Assembly: GCA_965222375.1 (NCBI GenBank)
Contig: CBDCTZ010000016.1
Span: forward strand, 2,528,001-2,592,000
DNA: 64,000 nucleotides
Direction of reading: 5' to 3'
Source: Polyangiaceae bacterium
GTDB taxonomy: Bacteria > Myxococcota_A > Polyangia > Polyangiales > Polyangiaceae
Part shown: positions 45,421-58,911 of the stretch, piece after piece
How the letters are laid out: each line of letters begins with the position of its first letter
Numbering within the stretch: position 1 is the first letter of the stretch
Notes under the pieces: model-generated
Databases searched by the model: none
The model's input: the letters and a program-made list of their open reading frames with translations, nothing else
What the model was told of the DNA's origin: nothing
Program-made: the position numbers and the translations under genes

Positions 45421-47106
45421 ATGGGTTGGTGGAAAATTCAGTCCAATGCTCTGTCTACGTCTGAAAGGCCCCTAGAGATCCGCGGGACCTGGGATTTGGC
45501 TCGGCGTTCTTGGGGGCTTCTCCCTGGAAAAGCGGCACTCGGCCTGGGGATCGCTGTGTGTGCAGGGATCTATGGCGTGGCCCACGGCGCGGTTGCGCTT
45601 TGTGCGGGGTTTCTGGGCAAAGCGCTAGTTCAGCCGGGCGCGCCCACGTGGCTGGTGACGCTTCTATGGGTGGGGCTCGCCGCGACAGTCGTCAAGGCCG
45701 GCTCGGGCGTTTTGCTTGCATATTCAAAGGTTTATGCCGCCAGATCGACGGGCCAGGCGCTGCGTGAGCGCGTGGCGAAGGCCCTGCTAGCCGGCGGAGC
45801 GTCTCGCCCGGCCCAGAGGGCCGGCGCCACCCTCGCCGTGAGTGTAAGAGAATTCGAAAATTCGGTTGAAAACGGATTGCTGGGAGTGGTGCTGGCCCTG
45901 GCGCAACTCGTGCCGTTGGCTCTAGGCCTGATCTTCGTGTCAGCCCCCCTCGCAGTCGGCGGCATGGCAACGTTGTTGCTCTTCGCTGCAACTCTTTCTT
46001 ACGCGAGGCGTCATCTGCGGCGTGCGCACGAAGCAGCGCAGGCTTCGGCGCGGGATGTGCACGCGGGCGTCGACGAATTGGTATCGCACCTAGACCTACT
46101 CCGGACCTACGGTGCTGGGGGACGCGCCCTGGACATGCTTCGCGCTGCGGGAAGTAGCGCGATGCGCAGTGAGGCGCGCGCCGAGTCGATGCGCGCCGCG
46201 CTGTCTGGAAGCAACGAAGTCCTAGGTGCGCTTGGATTGGTAGCGTTGATAGTGCTGCTAGGTCGCAGTGGCGCTGTCATGACGGACGGAACCGTGATCG
46301 CGTTCGCAGCGGTCTTCTTCATGGCCTATCGACCACTGCGACAGCTGGGCGATGCGCGAAGTCATTGTGTGCGTGGAGCCGTTGCGCTGGCTGTGTTGGA
46401 TGACCTCGCCAAGCACCATAACGAAGGCCAGGCCGGGGAGCTGACCGCGCGATGGCGCCCGGATACGCTTCGGCTGGACGGTTTTGGTGTTGCGCGAGGC
46501 GGACCACGCGTGGACGTTGTCGCGCGGCGAGGGCAGTTGATCGGCCTGGCGGGCCCGACGGGCAGCGGCAAAACCACACTGCTTCGCGGGATCCTGGGCT
46601 TGGAACCGTCCCTGGGGCGGCTGATGATCGGTGGACGAGACTGCACCGCCGCCGGAGTCGGGCCCTCGCAGCGCCCATTGGCCTGGGTGCCGCAAGATGC
46701 TCCGCTGGTGACTGGGACCCTCGCTGAGAACGTCGCCCTCTTCGCAAGCGGAAGGGTGGATGTTGCGACTGTGCTCGAAGCACTCGGCGCACCGCACTTG
46801 CTGCGTCTCCAGCAAGAGCTCATCGGGCCTGGTGGACGCCCGCTGTCGGGAGGCGAGCGCCGACTCGTATCCCTCGCCCGTGCCGTTGCCAGCGGAAAGC
46901 ACATTCTGCTGCTTGACGAACCTACGGAAGGCCTCGATGCACAGAGTGAGCGAAGCGTGCATCGAGCACTTCGTGCGCTCAGCGTTGATCGCGCCGTGCT
47001 CATCGTTTCCCACCGTGCGCAGACGTTGGAGCTGTGCGACGAGGTGGTTCGTCTGGACGCTTCGGCTCTCAAGCCCGGCGCCGACACACCTGTTGCCGCC
47101 GAATGA
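45421..47106 (+). CDS. ABC exporter (fused permease/ATPase)
   Basis: TM domain; GPTGSGKT, LSGGE, LLLDEPT, VSHR. Confidence 0.9.
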   Translation: MGWWKIQSNALSTSERPLEIRGTWDLARRSWGLLPGKAALGLGIAVCAGIYGVAHGAVALCAGFLGKALVQPGAPTWLVTLLWVGLAATVVKAGSGVLLAYSKVYAARSTGQALRERVAKALLAGGASRPAQRAGATLAVSVREFENSVENGLLGVVLALAQLVPLALGLIFVSAPLAVGGMATLLLFAATLSYARRHLRRAHEAAQASARDVHAGVDELVSHLDLLRTYGAGGRALDMLRAAGSSAMRSEARAESMRAALSGSNEVLGALGLVALIVLLGRSGAVMTDGTVIAFAAVFFMAYRPLRQLGDARSHCVRGAVALAVLDDLAKHHNEGQAGELTARWRPDTLRLDGFGVARGGPRVDVVARRGQLIGLAGPTGSGKTTLLRGILGLEPSLGRLMIGGRDCTAAGVGPSQRPLAWVPQDAPLVTGTLAENVALFASGRVDVATVLEALGAPHLLRLQQELIGPGGRPLSGGERRLVSLARAVASGKHILLLDEPTEGLDAQSERSVHRALRALSVDRAVLIVSHRAQTLELCDEVVRLDASALKPGADTPVAAE

Positions 47107-47244
47107 GTCAGAAAGCCGGCTTGGTGGCGCTGTGGACCCGGGGCGGTGCCCTTGGGCGGACCCGCAGGCATCGCCAACGGAGGGTAGCGGTGGCTGAAGA
47201 CGTCCGCCCCGCGAGGGCCGCGAGATCGAGTATCGTCCTCGGCA

Positions 47245-48018
47245 ATGCCGCGCCAACTCCGCTACCTGCTGCTCGCGACCTTGGCCCTTGCCTGTGAAGA
47301 AGAGGCGAAGAAGCCAGACCCCGCCCCGAAGCCCACCGCCGCTCCCTCGCTAACGGCTCTTGCCACGACCTCTGCCGCAAAGCCCAAGAAGCCGAAGCGC
47401 AAGCTCAAGACCAAGGACGATTGCGGCAAGACCCTGAGCTTCGACGACGAGAAGATCGAGGCAGCCTTTCGGTTGAAGCTGCAGAAGCCCGAAGGCGACA
47501 TCACGACTGCGGATCTGAAGCGACTGAAGTCGCTGAACTTGGCGCAGACCCAAACTCACCAGCTCGACCCCTGCGTCTTTCCCCACACCAAGAACCTGAA
47601 GGAGCTGTTCTTGGGACCGGGGGATGTCGATGATCTCTCCTTGCTTGCGGACTTGACCAAGCTCGAAACTCTGCGCGCCTCCATCAACAAGGTCAGTGAC
47701 GTCAAACCTCTTGCCGGGTTGACCAAGCTTGACCGACTAGATCTCGGTCGCACCCAGGTGCGTGACATCTCGCCTCTCGCTTCCCTCACGAACCTGACGG
47801 AGCTCGCGCTGGACGACACGCCTGTGAGCGACATCTCGCCTCTCGCCAAGCTCGAAAAGCTCGAGCGCCTCAGTCTGCAACGCACCCGGGTCAAAGACGT
47901 CAGCCCCCTGAAGGAGCTGAAGAACTTGAAGTTCCTCTACATTCAAGACGCCCCCGTGAATGACACGAGCGCCCTGGCTCCTTTGCGCGCCAAGGGCCTG
48001 AAGGTTTTCGAGATCTGA
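47245..48018 (+). CDS. Internalin-like leucine-rich repeat lipoprotein
   Basis: LALAC lipobox; 22-aa LRRs (DISPLASLTNLTELAL). Confidence 0.9.
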   Translation: MPRQLRYLLLATLALACEEEAKKPDPAPKPTAAPSLTALATTSAAKPKKPKRKLKTKDDCGKTLSFDDEKIEAAFRLKLQKPEGDITTADLKRLKSLNLAQTQTHQLDPCVFPHTKNLKELFLGPGDVDDLSLLADLTKLETLRASINKVSDVKPLAGLTKLDRLDLGRTQVRDISPLASLTNLTELALDDTPVSDISPLAKLEKLERLSLQRTRVKDVSPLKELKNLKFLYIQDAPVNDTSALAPLRAKGLKVFEI

Positions 48019-48028
48019 GGAACCCTCC

Positions 48029-49105
48029 TCAGAATTGGGCCAAGAACCTCGGATCGTTCTCGAAAAGGATGCGGATGTCCGGGATTTGATAGCGGAGCAT
48101 GGCCACCCGCTCCACGCCCATGCCGAAGGCGAACCCCGTGTAGCGCTCCGAATCGATTCCGCAGTGTTCGAAGACCTCCGGGTGAACCATCCCGCAACCC
48201 AGAATCTCCAACCAGCCCGTCCCCTTGCAGACGCGACAGCTCGCTCGGGAGCCGTCGTCGGGTTTGCAGAAGACACAACCGATGTCCACCTCTGCGCCGG
48301 GCTCGACGAAGGGGAAGTAGCTCGGTCGGAACCGCACGGGCGTGCCTTTGCCGTAGAGGCGCTCTGCAAACGCGGTCAGCACGCCCTTCAACTGCGCGAA
48401 GCTGACGTTCTCGTCCACCAGAAAGCCCTCTATCTGCGTGAACATCGGCGAGTGGGTGACATCGTCGTCCCGCCGGTAGACTGGGCCACCGCTCACGATC
48501 GCCATCGGCGGCTGATGGGTAGACATCTCACGCACCTGCACGTTGCTGGTATGAGTGCGCAGCAGGACGCGGGCACTCTCGTCGCCACCCTCGACCTTCG
48601 TCCAAAAGGTGTCCTGCATGTCCGTTGCAGGATGGTCCGGAGGGAAGGCCAGCTTTTCGAAGTTGTTGACCTCCAACTCGACCTCGGGCCCCCATGCAAC
48701 TTCGAAACCGAGGGACCGAAAGATGTCCAAGATCTCGTTCTTGACGCGGGTGAGGGGATGCATGTGCCCGCGCGGCGCAGGAACCCTACCCGGCAACGTC
48801 AGGTCGAAAGGCGGAGCCTCGAGATCGGCCTTGCGTTTTTCCGCCGCCAGCTCTCCGAGGCGCTGTTCGAAAGCCTCCTCTACCGCCGACTTGGTTCGAT
48901 TGACGAGCTCACCGATGGCTTTGCGCTTGTCGCCGGGTACTTCGCCCATGCGCTTCAACAAGGCTGTCAGCTGACCCTTCTTGCCGAGCACTTCGGCTTT
49001 GGCCTGGCGCAGGGCCGCCTCGTCGCTAGACCCGGCAAAGCTGTCCCGGAAGCGCTCACCGAAAGCGACCAGTCCTTGCTCAATTTCGGTTGCTGCGTCT
49101 GTCAC
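48029..49105 (-). CDS. pheS: Phenylalanine-tRNA ligase alpha subunit
   Basis: HPATDMQDTF, LLRTHTS, YRRD, FRPSYFPFVEP, GFAFGMGVER. Start at GTG 49105. Confidence 0.97.
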   Translation of the reverse strand: MTDAATEIEQGLVAFGERFRDSFAGSSDEAALRQAKAEVLGKKGQLTALLKRMGEVPGDKRKAIGELVNRTKSAVEEAFEQRLGELAAEKRKADLEAPPFDLTLPGRVPAPRGHMHPLTRVKNEILDIFRSLGFEVAWGPEVELEVNNFEKLAFPPDHPATDMQDTFWTKVEGGDESARVLLRTHTSNVQVREMSTHQPPMAIVSGGPVYRRDDDVTHSPMFTQIEGFLVDENVSFAQLKGVLTAFAERLYGKGTPVRFRPSYFPFVEPGAEVDIGCVFCKPDDGSRASCRVCKGTGWLEILGCGMVHPEVFEHCGIDSERYTGFAFGMGVERVAMLRYQIPDIRILFENDPRFLAQF

Positions 49106-49173
49106 GGCCTGCACCCTAGCGCGCACGGCGCACCTTGAAAATGCCCGCGCTGGGCGGCTCCACAAACGTGCAA

Positions 49174-49203
49174 AGGCCCGGCACAGCGAAAAGCGCCGGG
49201 CCT
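49174..49203 (-). terminator. Hairpin between rplT and pheS (terminator-like)
   Basis: aggcccggc-N12-gccgggcct, followed on the minus strand by a short T-rich tail. Confidence 0.5.
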
Positions 49204-49221
49204 GTCTGCAGCTGTCGGCGT

Positions 49222-49575
49222 CTACTTTGCGGCTTGCGCTAGCGCCACCAGCTCTTTGAACGCCGCTTGGTCGTTCACGGCCATCTCCGCCAGAACCTTG
49301 CGGTCCAGTTCGATGCCGCTCTTCTTCAAAGCGCCCATCATGCGGGAGTAGGTCGTGCCGTTCATGCGGCAGGCCGCGTTGATGCGCGTGATCCACAGTC
49401 GACGGAAGTCACGCTTCTTCAGCTTGCGGCCGATGTAGGCGTACTGCCAGCTCTTCCAAAGAACGCGAATGGCCTGGCGGTAGCGGTTCTTGCGACCGCC
49501 CCAGTAGCCCTCAGTTTGATTCAGAACGCGTTTGTGGCGCGCATGCGAAGTCTTTCCACGTTTGACACGAGACAT
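49222..49575 (-). CDS. rplT: 50S ribosomal protein L20
   Basis: [23 protein letters not shown]. Confidence 0.98.
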   Translation of the reverse strand: MSRVKRGKTSHARHKRVLNQTEGYWGGRKNRYRQAIRVLWKSWQYAYIGRKLKKRDFRRLWITRINAACRMNGTTYSRMMGALKKSGIELDRKVLAEMAVNDQAAFKELVALAQAAK

Positions 49576-49591
49576 AGTGCTTCTCCGACCT

Positions 49592-49789
49592 TCATCCGTA
49601 GGGGAGCAGGATCTTCACGCGCTTCTCGAGCGCGGGATCGACCATGTCGTTGTCTCGCAAGCGACGCCGCCGCTTGCGGGACTTCCCGTTCATGTTGTGT
49701 TGCGCGCCACACTTGGGGCGGCGAACGCGGCCGGTGCCAGTCACTTTGAAACGCTTGGCCGCCGCGCGGTTTGTTTTCATCTTGGGCAT
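49592..49789 (-). CDS. rpmI: 50S ribosomal protein L35
   Basis: [20 protein letters not shown]...LLPYG. Confidence 0.97.
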   Translation of the reverse strand: MPKMKTNRAAAKRFKVTGTGRVRRPKCGAQHNMNGKSRKRRRRLRDNDMVDPALEKRVKILLPYG

Positions 49790-49979
49790 GTTGGCTCCGT
49801 TTCTGGGGTGGGAAGCCGAGGCTTTCCGTTTTCCCGGCAGCACCCGTCGCGGTTCCTTTGGACCGGCGGGGCCGAGCAAGGGCCGGGGGCGGGGTTTCTG
49901 GCAGATGGGGCCGGTTTCGTCAAGAATGGCCCTCGGCGCGTTCGCCTGCAGCTGCGGATTGCCCTGCTTTCCTGGGGTT

Positions 49980-50702
49980 TCAGACCCGAGCGCCGGCTTC
50001 GAAGTCGGATTCCTCGGCGGGGAAGGTGTGGTTGCCGAAATTGGCTGCAAGCACGAGGCGCCTGCCCAGGCCACCGCCCAAGCGGGCGCCGGCGCGCCGA
50101 AGGGCGTTTCGATAGGCCTCGGGAAACATCTGGATCAAACGCCGAGTGACGTACACGTCGAGAACCATGTGCGCGCGAGTCGTGTCGCCATCGTTCACGA
50201 CCCAATGGGGGCGCGCGAAGTCTCCGTACCAGAGTTGTCCAGGCTCCCAGTGTTGTTTGTCGCCATCAAAGATCACGAACACCTTCGGATTGGTCTCGAT
50301 TGGGATGTGCAATCGCGCCATAGGCGAAGCCAGAGACAAGTCCGGGTTGCGGTGCGCCTCGATCTTGCCGCCGGGCTCGAGGGATAGCAGCCGCACGCCT
50401 TTCATGGGCAGCGCCAACTCGGCGAGGATCCGCCGAAAGTACGGAGTACGCGATAGGAGGGGCGTGTCACGATAGCTAGCGAAAGGGGGCGCCCCGGCCG
50501 CCGCGGTCTCCGCCTCGCCGGAACAGGAGCGAAGGCTGACGCCCTTCCAACCACCATTGTGATACGGCCCCGGCTGCGCGGCCTGCTGTAGCCCTCTCGC
50601 TACTTCCAGATCCCGGCGCAGCGCAGCCACGTCGAAGTCGGCGAGCTTCACGGCGGGAGAAACACGCTCACGTTCCGAGTCGGGGCTCCTCGAGGCGCTC
50701 AC
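49980..50702 (-). CDS. Aspartyl/asparaginyl beta-hydroxylase-like 2OG-Fe(II) oxygenase
   Basis: LEPGGKIEAHRN, RLHIPIETNP, W..G.LWY.DF..PHWVVN.G...RAHMVLD. Confidence 0.85.
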   Translation of the reverse strand: MSASRSPDSERERVSPAVKLADFDVAALRRDLEVARGLQQAAQPGPYHNGGWKGVSLRSCSGEAETAAAGAPPFASYRDTPLLSRTPYFRRILAELALPMKGVRLLSLEPGGKIEAHRNPDLSLASPMARLHIPIETNPKVFVIFDGDKQHWEPGQLWYGDFARPHWVVNDGDTTRAHMVLDVYVTRRLIQMFPEAYRNALRRAGARLGGGLGRRLVLAANFGNHTFPAEESDFEAGARV

Positions 50703-51069
50703 GTCTCGACAATAGCGCAGAGCGGTCCTCGAGTTGACTTGGCTTTTTTGGGGTCGCTTCCCTGTTCGGCATTGAGCCCCTACTCACGACCCAGGCCCCA
50801 CAAATGCGCCAGCACACAGGAGCAGAGCCAGCCCCCGAGGCACAGCCGGGAGCAAGTCCCCCTGCAGGACGAGCTCCACCTCGCACCGTCGACGGCAATT
50901 TGGTGCGAACTAGGCGACCGGAACCTACGAGTGGGTTACCCAACCGCATATCGCCGCGGGGCAAATGGTGCTGGTCGCGCCCCAGGGCTCGAGCGCTTGC
51001 CTCGAGATGAGGCTCGACCCCTCGAGCGACGAACGGCCAACGCGCGAGCTCACCCGGACCGCGCACGTC

Positions 51070-51083
51070 TTGATATCGATCAA
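51070..51083. promoter_or_regulatory. Perfect FNR-type box
   Basis: TTGAT-ATCG-ATCAA in the divergent intergenic region. Confidence 0.5.
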
Positions 51084-51190
51084 TCGGTCCGGGCGGTTAT
51101 CGGATCCGTGGCGCGAGTCGCGACCGACGTCACTGAATCGTGCACTTGGTGCGGCGCATTCGATTTCGACACACGAGGTGACATAGATGG

Positions 51191-52093
51191 ATGGCGGCTG
51201 CGGCGTGCGGCCACTACGTAAGTGTGGCTGTCGCCTCCGATCTGCGCTGCGCGCTCACGCTGGACTTCGAGGACTGGTTCCACCTCGCCTATCTAGAACG
51301 CTCCGCTTGCGACGCACGGGTGACGGTCATCGACGAGCTTGCGCCGTTTGTGGAGCAGCTGCATCAGCGCGGCATCCGGTTCACGGCGTTTGTGGTCGGG
51401 GCCATTGCGGAACGCCACGCGAAGTTGCTCACTAATTGGGTGAAGCAGGGTCATGAAATCGGCGTGCACAGCTGGGACCACGAGCTACTCGATACCAAGG
51501 CGCAGCCCTGTTTCCTGGCCGAGCTGAGTCGCGCGCGCTCCGTGATCGAGGCGGTGTCCGGGGCCGCAGTCATTGGCTTTCGCGCACCTTGTTTTCGGCT
51601 GACCCACCACCAGCTACGCCTGCTGGCCGGTCTCGGGTTTCGCTACGATTCCAGCGTCGTTCGCTCCGGGCATCGAGCTCGGGGGTCGCCCTCACTGCGT
51701 GGCTTCCAGCAGGTCGCGTCGTTGGTGCACCAGCGGGGTGACTTCTACGAGCTCGAGTTACCGACGGTCCAGTTGTTCGGTGCTGGCGTGCCGATCGGTG
51801 GTGGTGGCCTGTTTCGGCTGCTTCCAGGAGCGGTGTCCAACTTCCTGTTCGGCCGCTACGTTGCGCGGGGAAACGACAACTTCGCCTTCGTCGTCCATCC
51901 GTACGAGCTGTGTGATCGGCCCGTCCCGCTGCCTCGGTCCACTTCCAGATTGTCGCGCTTTCGATTCGCCGCCGGGCGCCGCGGCAACGTGAAGAAGGTG
52001 CTTCGATTCGTCGATGCGTGCCTGGCACGGGGGTGCCGCTTCCTCACCTGCCGGGAGCTGATCGAAGAAGCCGCCCGAACGAGGCTCTTGTGA
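51191..52093 (+). CDS. Polysaccharide deacetylase (CE4, DUF3473/XrtA-associated type)
   Basis: TLDFEDWFH, HEIGVHSWDH, GFRAPCF, YDSS, PIGGGGLFR, HPYEL. Confidence 0.9.
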   Translation: MAAAACGHYVSVAVASDLRCALTLDFEDWFHLAYLERSACDARVTVIDELAPFVEQLHQRGIRFTAFVVGAIAERHAKLLTNWVKQGHEIGVHSWDHELLDTKAQPCFLAELSRARSVIEAVSGAAVIGFRAPCFRLTHHQLRLLAGLGFRYDSSVVRSGHRARGSPSLRGFQQVASLVHQRGDFYELELPTVQLFGAGVPIGGGGLFRLLPGAVSNFLFGRYVARGNDNFAFVVHPYELCDRPVPLPRSTSRLSRFRFAAGRRGNVKKVLRFVDACLARGCRFLTCRELIEEAARTRLL

Positions 52094-52330
52094 TGACAGG
52101 GGCCGCAGGAACACTCCTCGTAACCGGAGCCAGCGGTTTCATCGGAGGCAAGCTCGTGCGTGTCGCAGCCGAGAACGGTTGGGTTGTCGATCCGATCGCT
52201 CGTCACGTAGTGGCGGGTGCAACCGCGCAGTCGAGTTCTCTGCGCTGGCATCGCGCGGACTGCAACGCGGATGCGGGGTGGAAGGCTCGCTGCGCTGTCG
52301 CGGACGTCATCGTTCATTGCGCGCCGACAC
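52093..52330 (+). pseudogene. Truncated NAD-dependent epimerase/dehydratase
   Basis: LLVTGASGFIG...ADVIVHCA, after which similarity is lost. No YxxxK motif. Confidence 0.65.
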
Positions 52331-52702
52331 CGGCAATGTGGCTCGCCCGCGGCGTGGCGGATCGAGCGGCTCGCCGAGTTACGCGAGGTATCTCTCGATG
52401 CCGGCTGAGCGGGTTCACCGAACCCGCCCTGCCGGCGGGACGGACACCAAGGAGTCGATGCGCGCTGTCCGCCCTCGAACTCACGGCCCGCGGGTGCAGT
52501 GCCAGCCCCCGGCTGGCGCGAGCACCGCAAGCGAGGCCCCCACACCGAACACACACGCACCCGCCACAGTCTGCGCCTCCGCGGTCTAGTTCGAGATTAG
52601 TGGCCCAGTGACGGGCAGCGATGCGACCCCTAAAAACCAAACTTCCCTGCCGCCGTCGACCGGGGTTCGCCTCGCGCCCGACTCAGCGCTATCGTGTAGT
52701 CG

Positions 52703-53059
52703 ATGGCGAGTATCGTCATGCTGTTGATGGGAGGGGAGAGCCAGCGCGGCGCGGAAGTGGCTGCGCTGCGTCAGGTGGGGCACGACGTGCTCGTGGTCGA
52801 GCCGCGCTTTCCCGAGTGCAAGAAGCAGCTCGAGGCGACGCGGCCCCAGCTCGTGATCGTCGACGGCACGTCTGCGCCCTCCCACGGGCGTGCCACGGCC
52901 ACTTGGCTCGCGTCCTTGTCTCGCTTGCGGGTCGTCCCCTTCTTGTTCCTGGACGTTCCCGACAAGGACGTAGCCCGCGTAACGAAAGAGCTACCGCGGG
53001 CTCAGTTCGGAACCTGGGCGGGCGCGGCCGGCGCGAGTGAGCGCTTGGTTCAACGCTAG
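52703..53059 (+). CDS. Stand-alone degenerate receiver-like protein
   Basis: LRQVGHDV...RPQLVIVD....G....VPFLFL fits the REC fold, but the acidic pocket and conserved Lys are missing. Confidence 0.65.
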   Translation: MASIVMLLMGGESQRGAEVAALRQVGHDVLVVEPRFPECKKQLEATRPQLVIVDGTSAPSHGRATATWLASLSRLRVVPFLFLDVPDKDVARVTKELPRAQFGTWAGAAGASERLVQR

Positions 53060-54444
53060 TCCGGGTAGCAGACCCGATAGCGCTCCCACTGCACGACGTC
53101 TATGTTGCCCGCGGGCTCGATCCAGGCGACCGAGACCACGTTTTCATTGGCGACGGCAACCTCTGGCCAGTTGGGGCCGCTAGCTTGGCCGCCCAGGGAA
53201 GTGTTTGCGATCTCGCGGAGCTCGAGCTCTAGGGAAGCCCCACCGTCAGCATCGACGAGCAGCTCCCGAAGCCGCACCGACAGCGTGGCGCTCCTCGCCG
53301 CGGAGTCGATGGCTGGAAGGGCAGCAAACTGATAGCCTGAGGAGGGCTTTGCGTTGCGCTGAAAGAACGCCAACGTGCCATTTCTCGTGCCGACCCGCGT
53401 CGGTGGCGAGTTCACGCAGTCCGGCGCGGGGTTGATGCAAGAGCCTGTGTCGGAGCACTGCACGATCGATGATTCGAGCGTGGGCCCGTTGGTCGCGTTG
53501 CGCGTCCACACCGCCAGCCAGGCATCATTGAACTCCAGAAACGCGCTGCTCAAACTGCTCGGGGTGCCCGTGGTGTTGCACTGCGTGATCTGAACCGGGG
53601 CTGGGGAACCCTGCAGCTGTCCAAAAAGCCCGTCCGCCGAATGCCACAGTACACCGGGGAGGATGCCGCCCGAAAGCGGTGTTACCAGCAGCGGAGGAGG
53701 TACGGGGACAAACGGGGCGACGGGAGAGGCCGGAAGTGGTTGGTTGTCACTGCCATCGTGGAGCAAGATGGTTTTCGCGGTCGTGATCCAGCTGCCCCAG
53801 ATTGTGTCGTCTTTGCCGCGCCAAGCTACGGGGGCGCGAGTCGTGACGCTTGGGTCGTAGCTTGGGACCGTTTCGGCTTGGCGAGAGCGCAGGAGCAGCG
53901 TCAGGTTCTCGTCCATCTCCAAATGAAAGACCGCCGGTGGGGTTCCCGCCGCCACGTAGGCGTGCACTCTGGGGGCCAAGCCCGCTCCTGCGACCAGAGC
54001 CGCCGCGCTCGCCGGTTGGCTGAGGTCGACGATGGTCTGAGTGGAAAGCAAAGGGCCCTCGGCGTAGTCGCCGCCTTCCGCGTCCCAATAGTGCAACCGC
54101 ACGTCCCGGGCGCTCTTGTCAGGAGTTTCGTAGAATACGGACAGGTAGAAACGGGCGCCGGTTGCCGTCATGGACAGCCGAAACGCTCGACCGATGTCCT
54201 GGGTCAGTGTCTTGCGTTCGCCGATCCGAGCGAGCGTGCGCGCCAGGGATTCGCAGGTGTTCGTTTGGGTGTTGCAACGGTCTTCGGTGCAGGGATCGCC
54301 ATCGTTGCATTCCCCGTCACTGGTGCACGAAATCGCACCATCGGCACCGTCGCCCTCCGTCAGTTCGTCGAAATCCAGGATCAGCGCGCACGAAACCGCC
54401 GCGCAAGCTGCGAGAGCTACGGCAGTCCCCGCGAGAAGGCGCAT
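53056..54444 (-). CDS. Hypothetical lipoprotein with Cys-rich repeat
   Basis: AAVSCALILDFDEL; CNDGDPCTEDRC. Confidence 0.75.
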   Translation of the reverse strand: MRLLAGTAVALAACAAVSCALILDFDELTEGDGADGAISCTSDGECNDGDPCTEDRCNTQTNTCESLARTLARIGERKTLTQDIGRAFRLSMTATGARFYLSVFYETPDKSARDVRLHYWDAEGGDYAEGPLLSTQTIVDLSQPASAAALVAGAGLAPRVHAYVAAGTPPAVFHLEMDENLTLLLRSRQAETVPSYDPSVTTRAPVAWRGKDDTIWGSWITTAKTILLHDGSDNQPLPASPVAPFVPVPPPLLVTPLSGGILPGVLWHSADGLFGQLQGSPAPVQITQCNTTGTPSSLSSAFLEFNDAWLAVWTRNATNGPTLESSIVQCSDTGSCINPAPDCVNSPPTRVGTRNGTLAFFQRNAKPSSGYQFAALPAIDSAARSATLSVRLRELLVDADGGASLELELREIANTSLGGQASGPNWPEVAVANENVVSVAWIEPAGNIDVVQWERYRVCYPD

Positions 54445-54447
54445 GGC

Positions 54448-55251
54448 TCAGAACTGCCAGAGGGCGTGCGCCGATGAGGGGCCGATGCGGACCCCAAAAC
54501 GTCGAGCCTTCGGGCGCTTGGCGCTGTCGGCAGGTGCGTCATCTGCTCCGAACCACAGCACCGCGCCCAAGCCGGCGCCCACGATGGCTACGCCGGTTAG
54601 GATGGTGCTGGTCAGCGCCAAGGTGCGACCGCTGGAGAGCTCATCGTCCGTGCAGCGCGGGGAGCAATTGTCCTTGGCATCGCTGTGCTCCCCTTGAGCG
54701 AGCACACCCGTGAGCACCGCACCGCCGGCGGCGATGGCGCCAATACCGAGGGCGACGTAGGCAGGCACGCGGTTGGACTCGGGCTGGTCTGCGGCGGGCG
54801 GCGCTGGAGTGGGGGTGGGCGCGGGGGTCGTTTCCGATTTGGGCGGAGGGGGAGCAGGTACCGGCGCCGGCGCGGGCTCCTCTTTGGGCTGAGCCTCCAA
54901 GCGTCGCTTCAGGTTTTCGATCCGCGTCTTGACGGTCTCCGAATGGGCGCCGTCAGGCGCCGTTTTCAAGTAGCTCTCCAAGGCGTCAATGGCTTTCTGC
55001 AGCGCTCCGGTACGCTCATGCACCGTGGCGATGTTCAGCAAGATCTCCGGTCGCTTCGACAGCTCATGGGCCTTCTCGAAAGCTCGCAGCGCGTTGTCGT
55101 AGTCGCTTTCCTGGAGGTAGGCGACTCCGGACTCGAAGTGCTGTTTCGCCCGTTCGTCGGCTGTCTGCGCTTGGGCGACGCCCAGCAACAAGAACAGCGC
55201 GGTCAACGTCATTCTCAAGCTCCAGCCTAGGCCTCGCGGCATCCCCGACAT
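54448..55251 (-). CDS. Secreted TPR protein with Pro linker and hydrophobic C-terminus
   Basis: AKQHFESGVAYL...ALRAFEKA, ILLNIA, two C-terminal TM-like segments. Confidence 0.85.
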   Translation of the reverse strand: MSGMPRGLGWSLRMTLTALFLLLGVAQAQTADERAKQHFESGVAYLQESDYDNALRAFEKAHELSKRPEILLNIATVHERTGALQKAIDALESYLKTAPDGAHSETVKTRIENLKRRLEAQPKEEPAPAPVPAPPPPKSETTPAPTPTPAPPAADQPESNRVPAYVALGIGAIAAGGAVLTGVLAQGEHSDAKDNCSPRCTDDELSSGRTLALTSTILTGVAIVGAGLGAVLWFGADDAPADSAKRPKARRFGVRIGPSSAHALWQF

Positions 55252-55383
55252 GCCCTATTCATACCGCGGTGCGGGATTGTCCTCCAGTCCGCGCCGTAGA
55301 TTTGCCGTTTCAGCCACCCGGACGCACCGCTTCGCGCAGGCGTTGCTGGCCGCCGCGAACTGGTCTACTCGCGAAACCTGCCC

Positions 55384-58749
<3,366 letters not shown>

Positions 58750-58911
58750 GGCTGGCAAACCCGGGTGCTCGCAAGCGCGGCGGCTGGGTCGCCGCACTGG
58801 GGCTTTGGTGCGGCCCCTGTGTATGGCAGGGTTTGTCCTGGAGTATCCGACGCTTACGTGCGTTTTTCCGCCAATTCGCCCAAATGCTCTGCCGCTGTTA
58901 GGTTGAGCGGG

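Noticed and set aside
50739..51221. 160-aa ORF upstream of the deacetylase
   Set aside because: No motif, atypical composition. Treated as intergenic.
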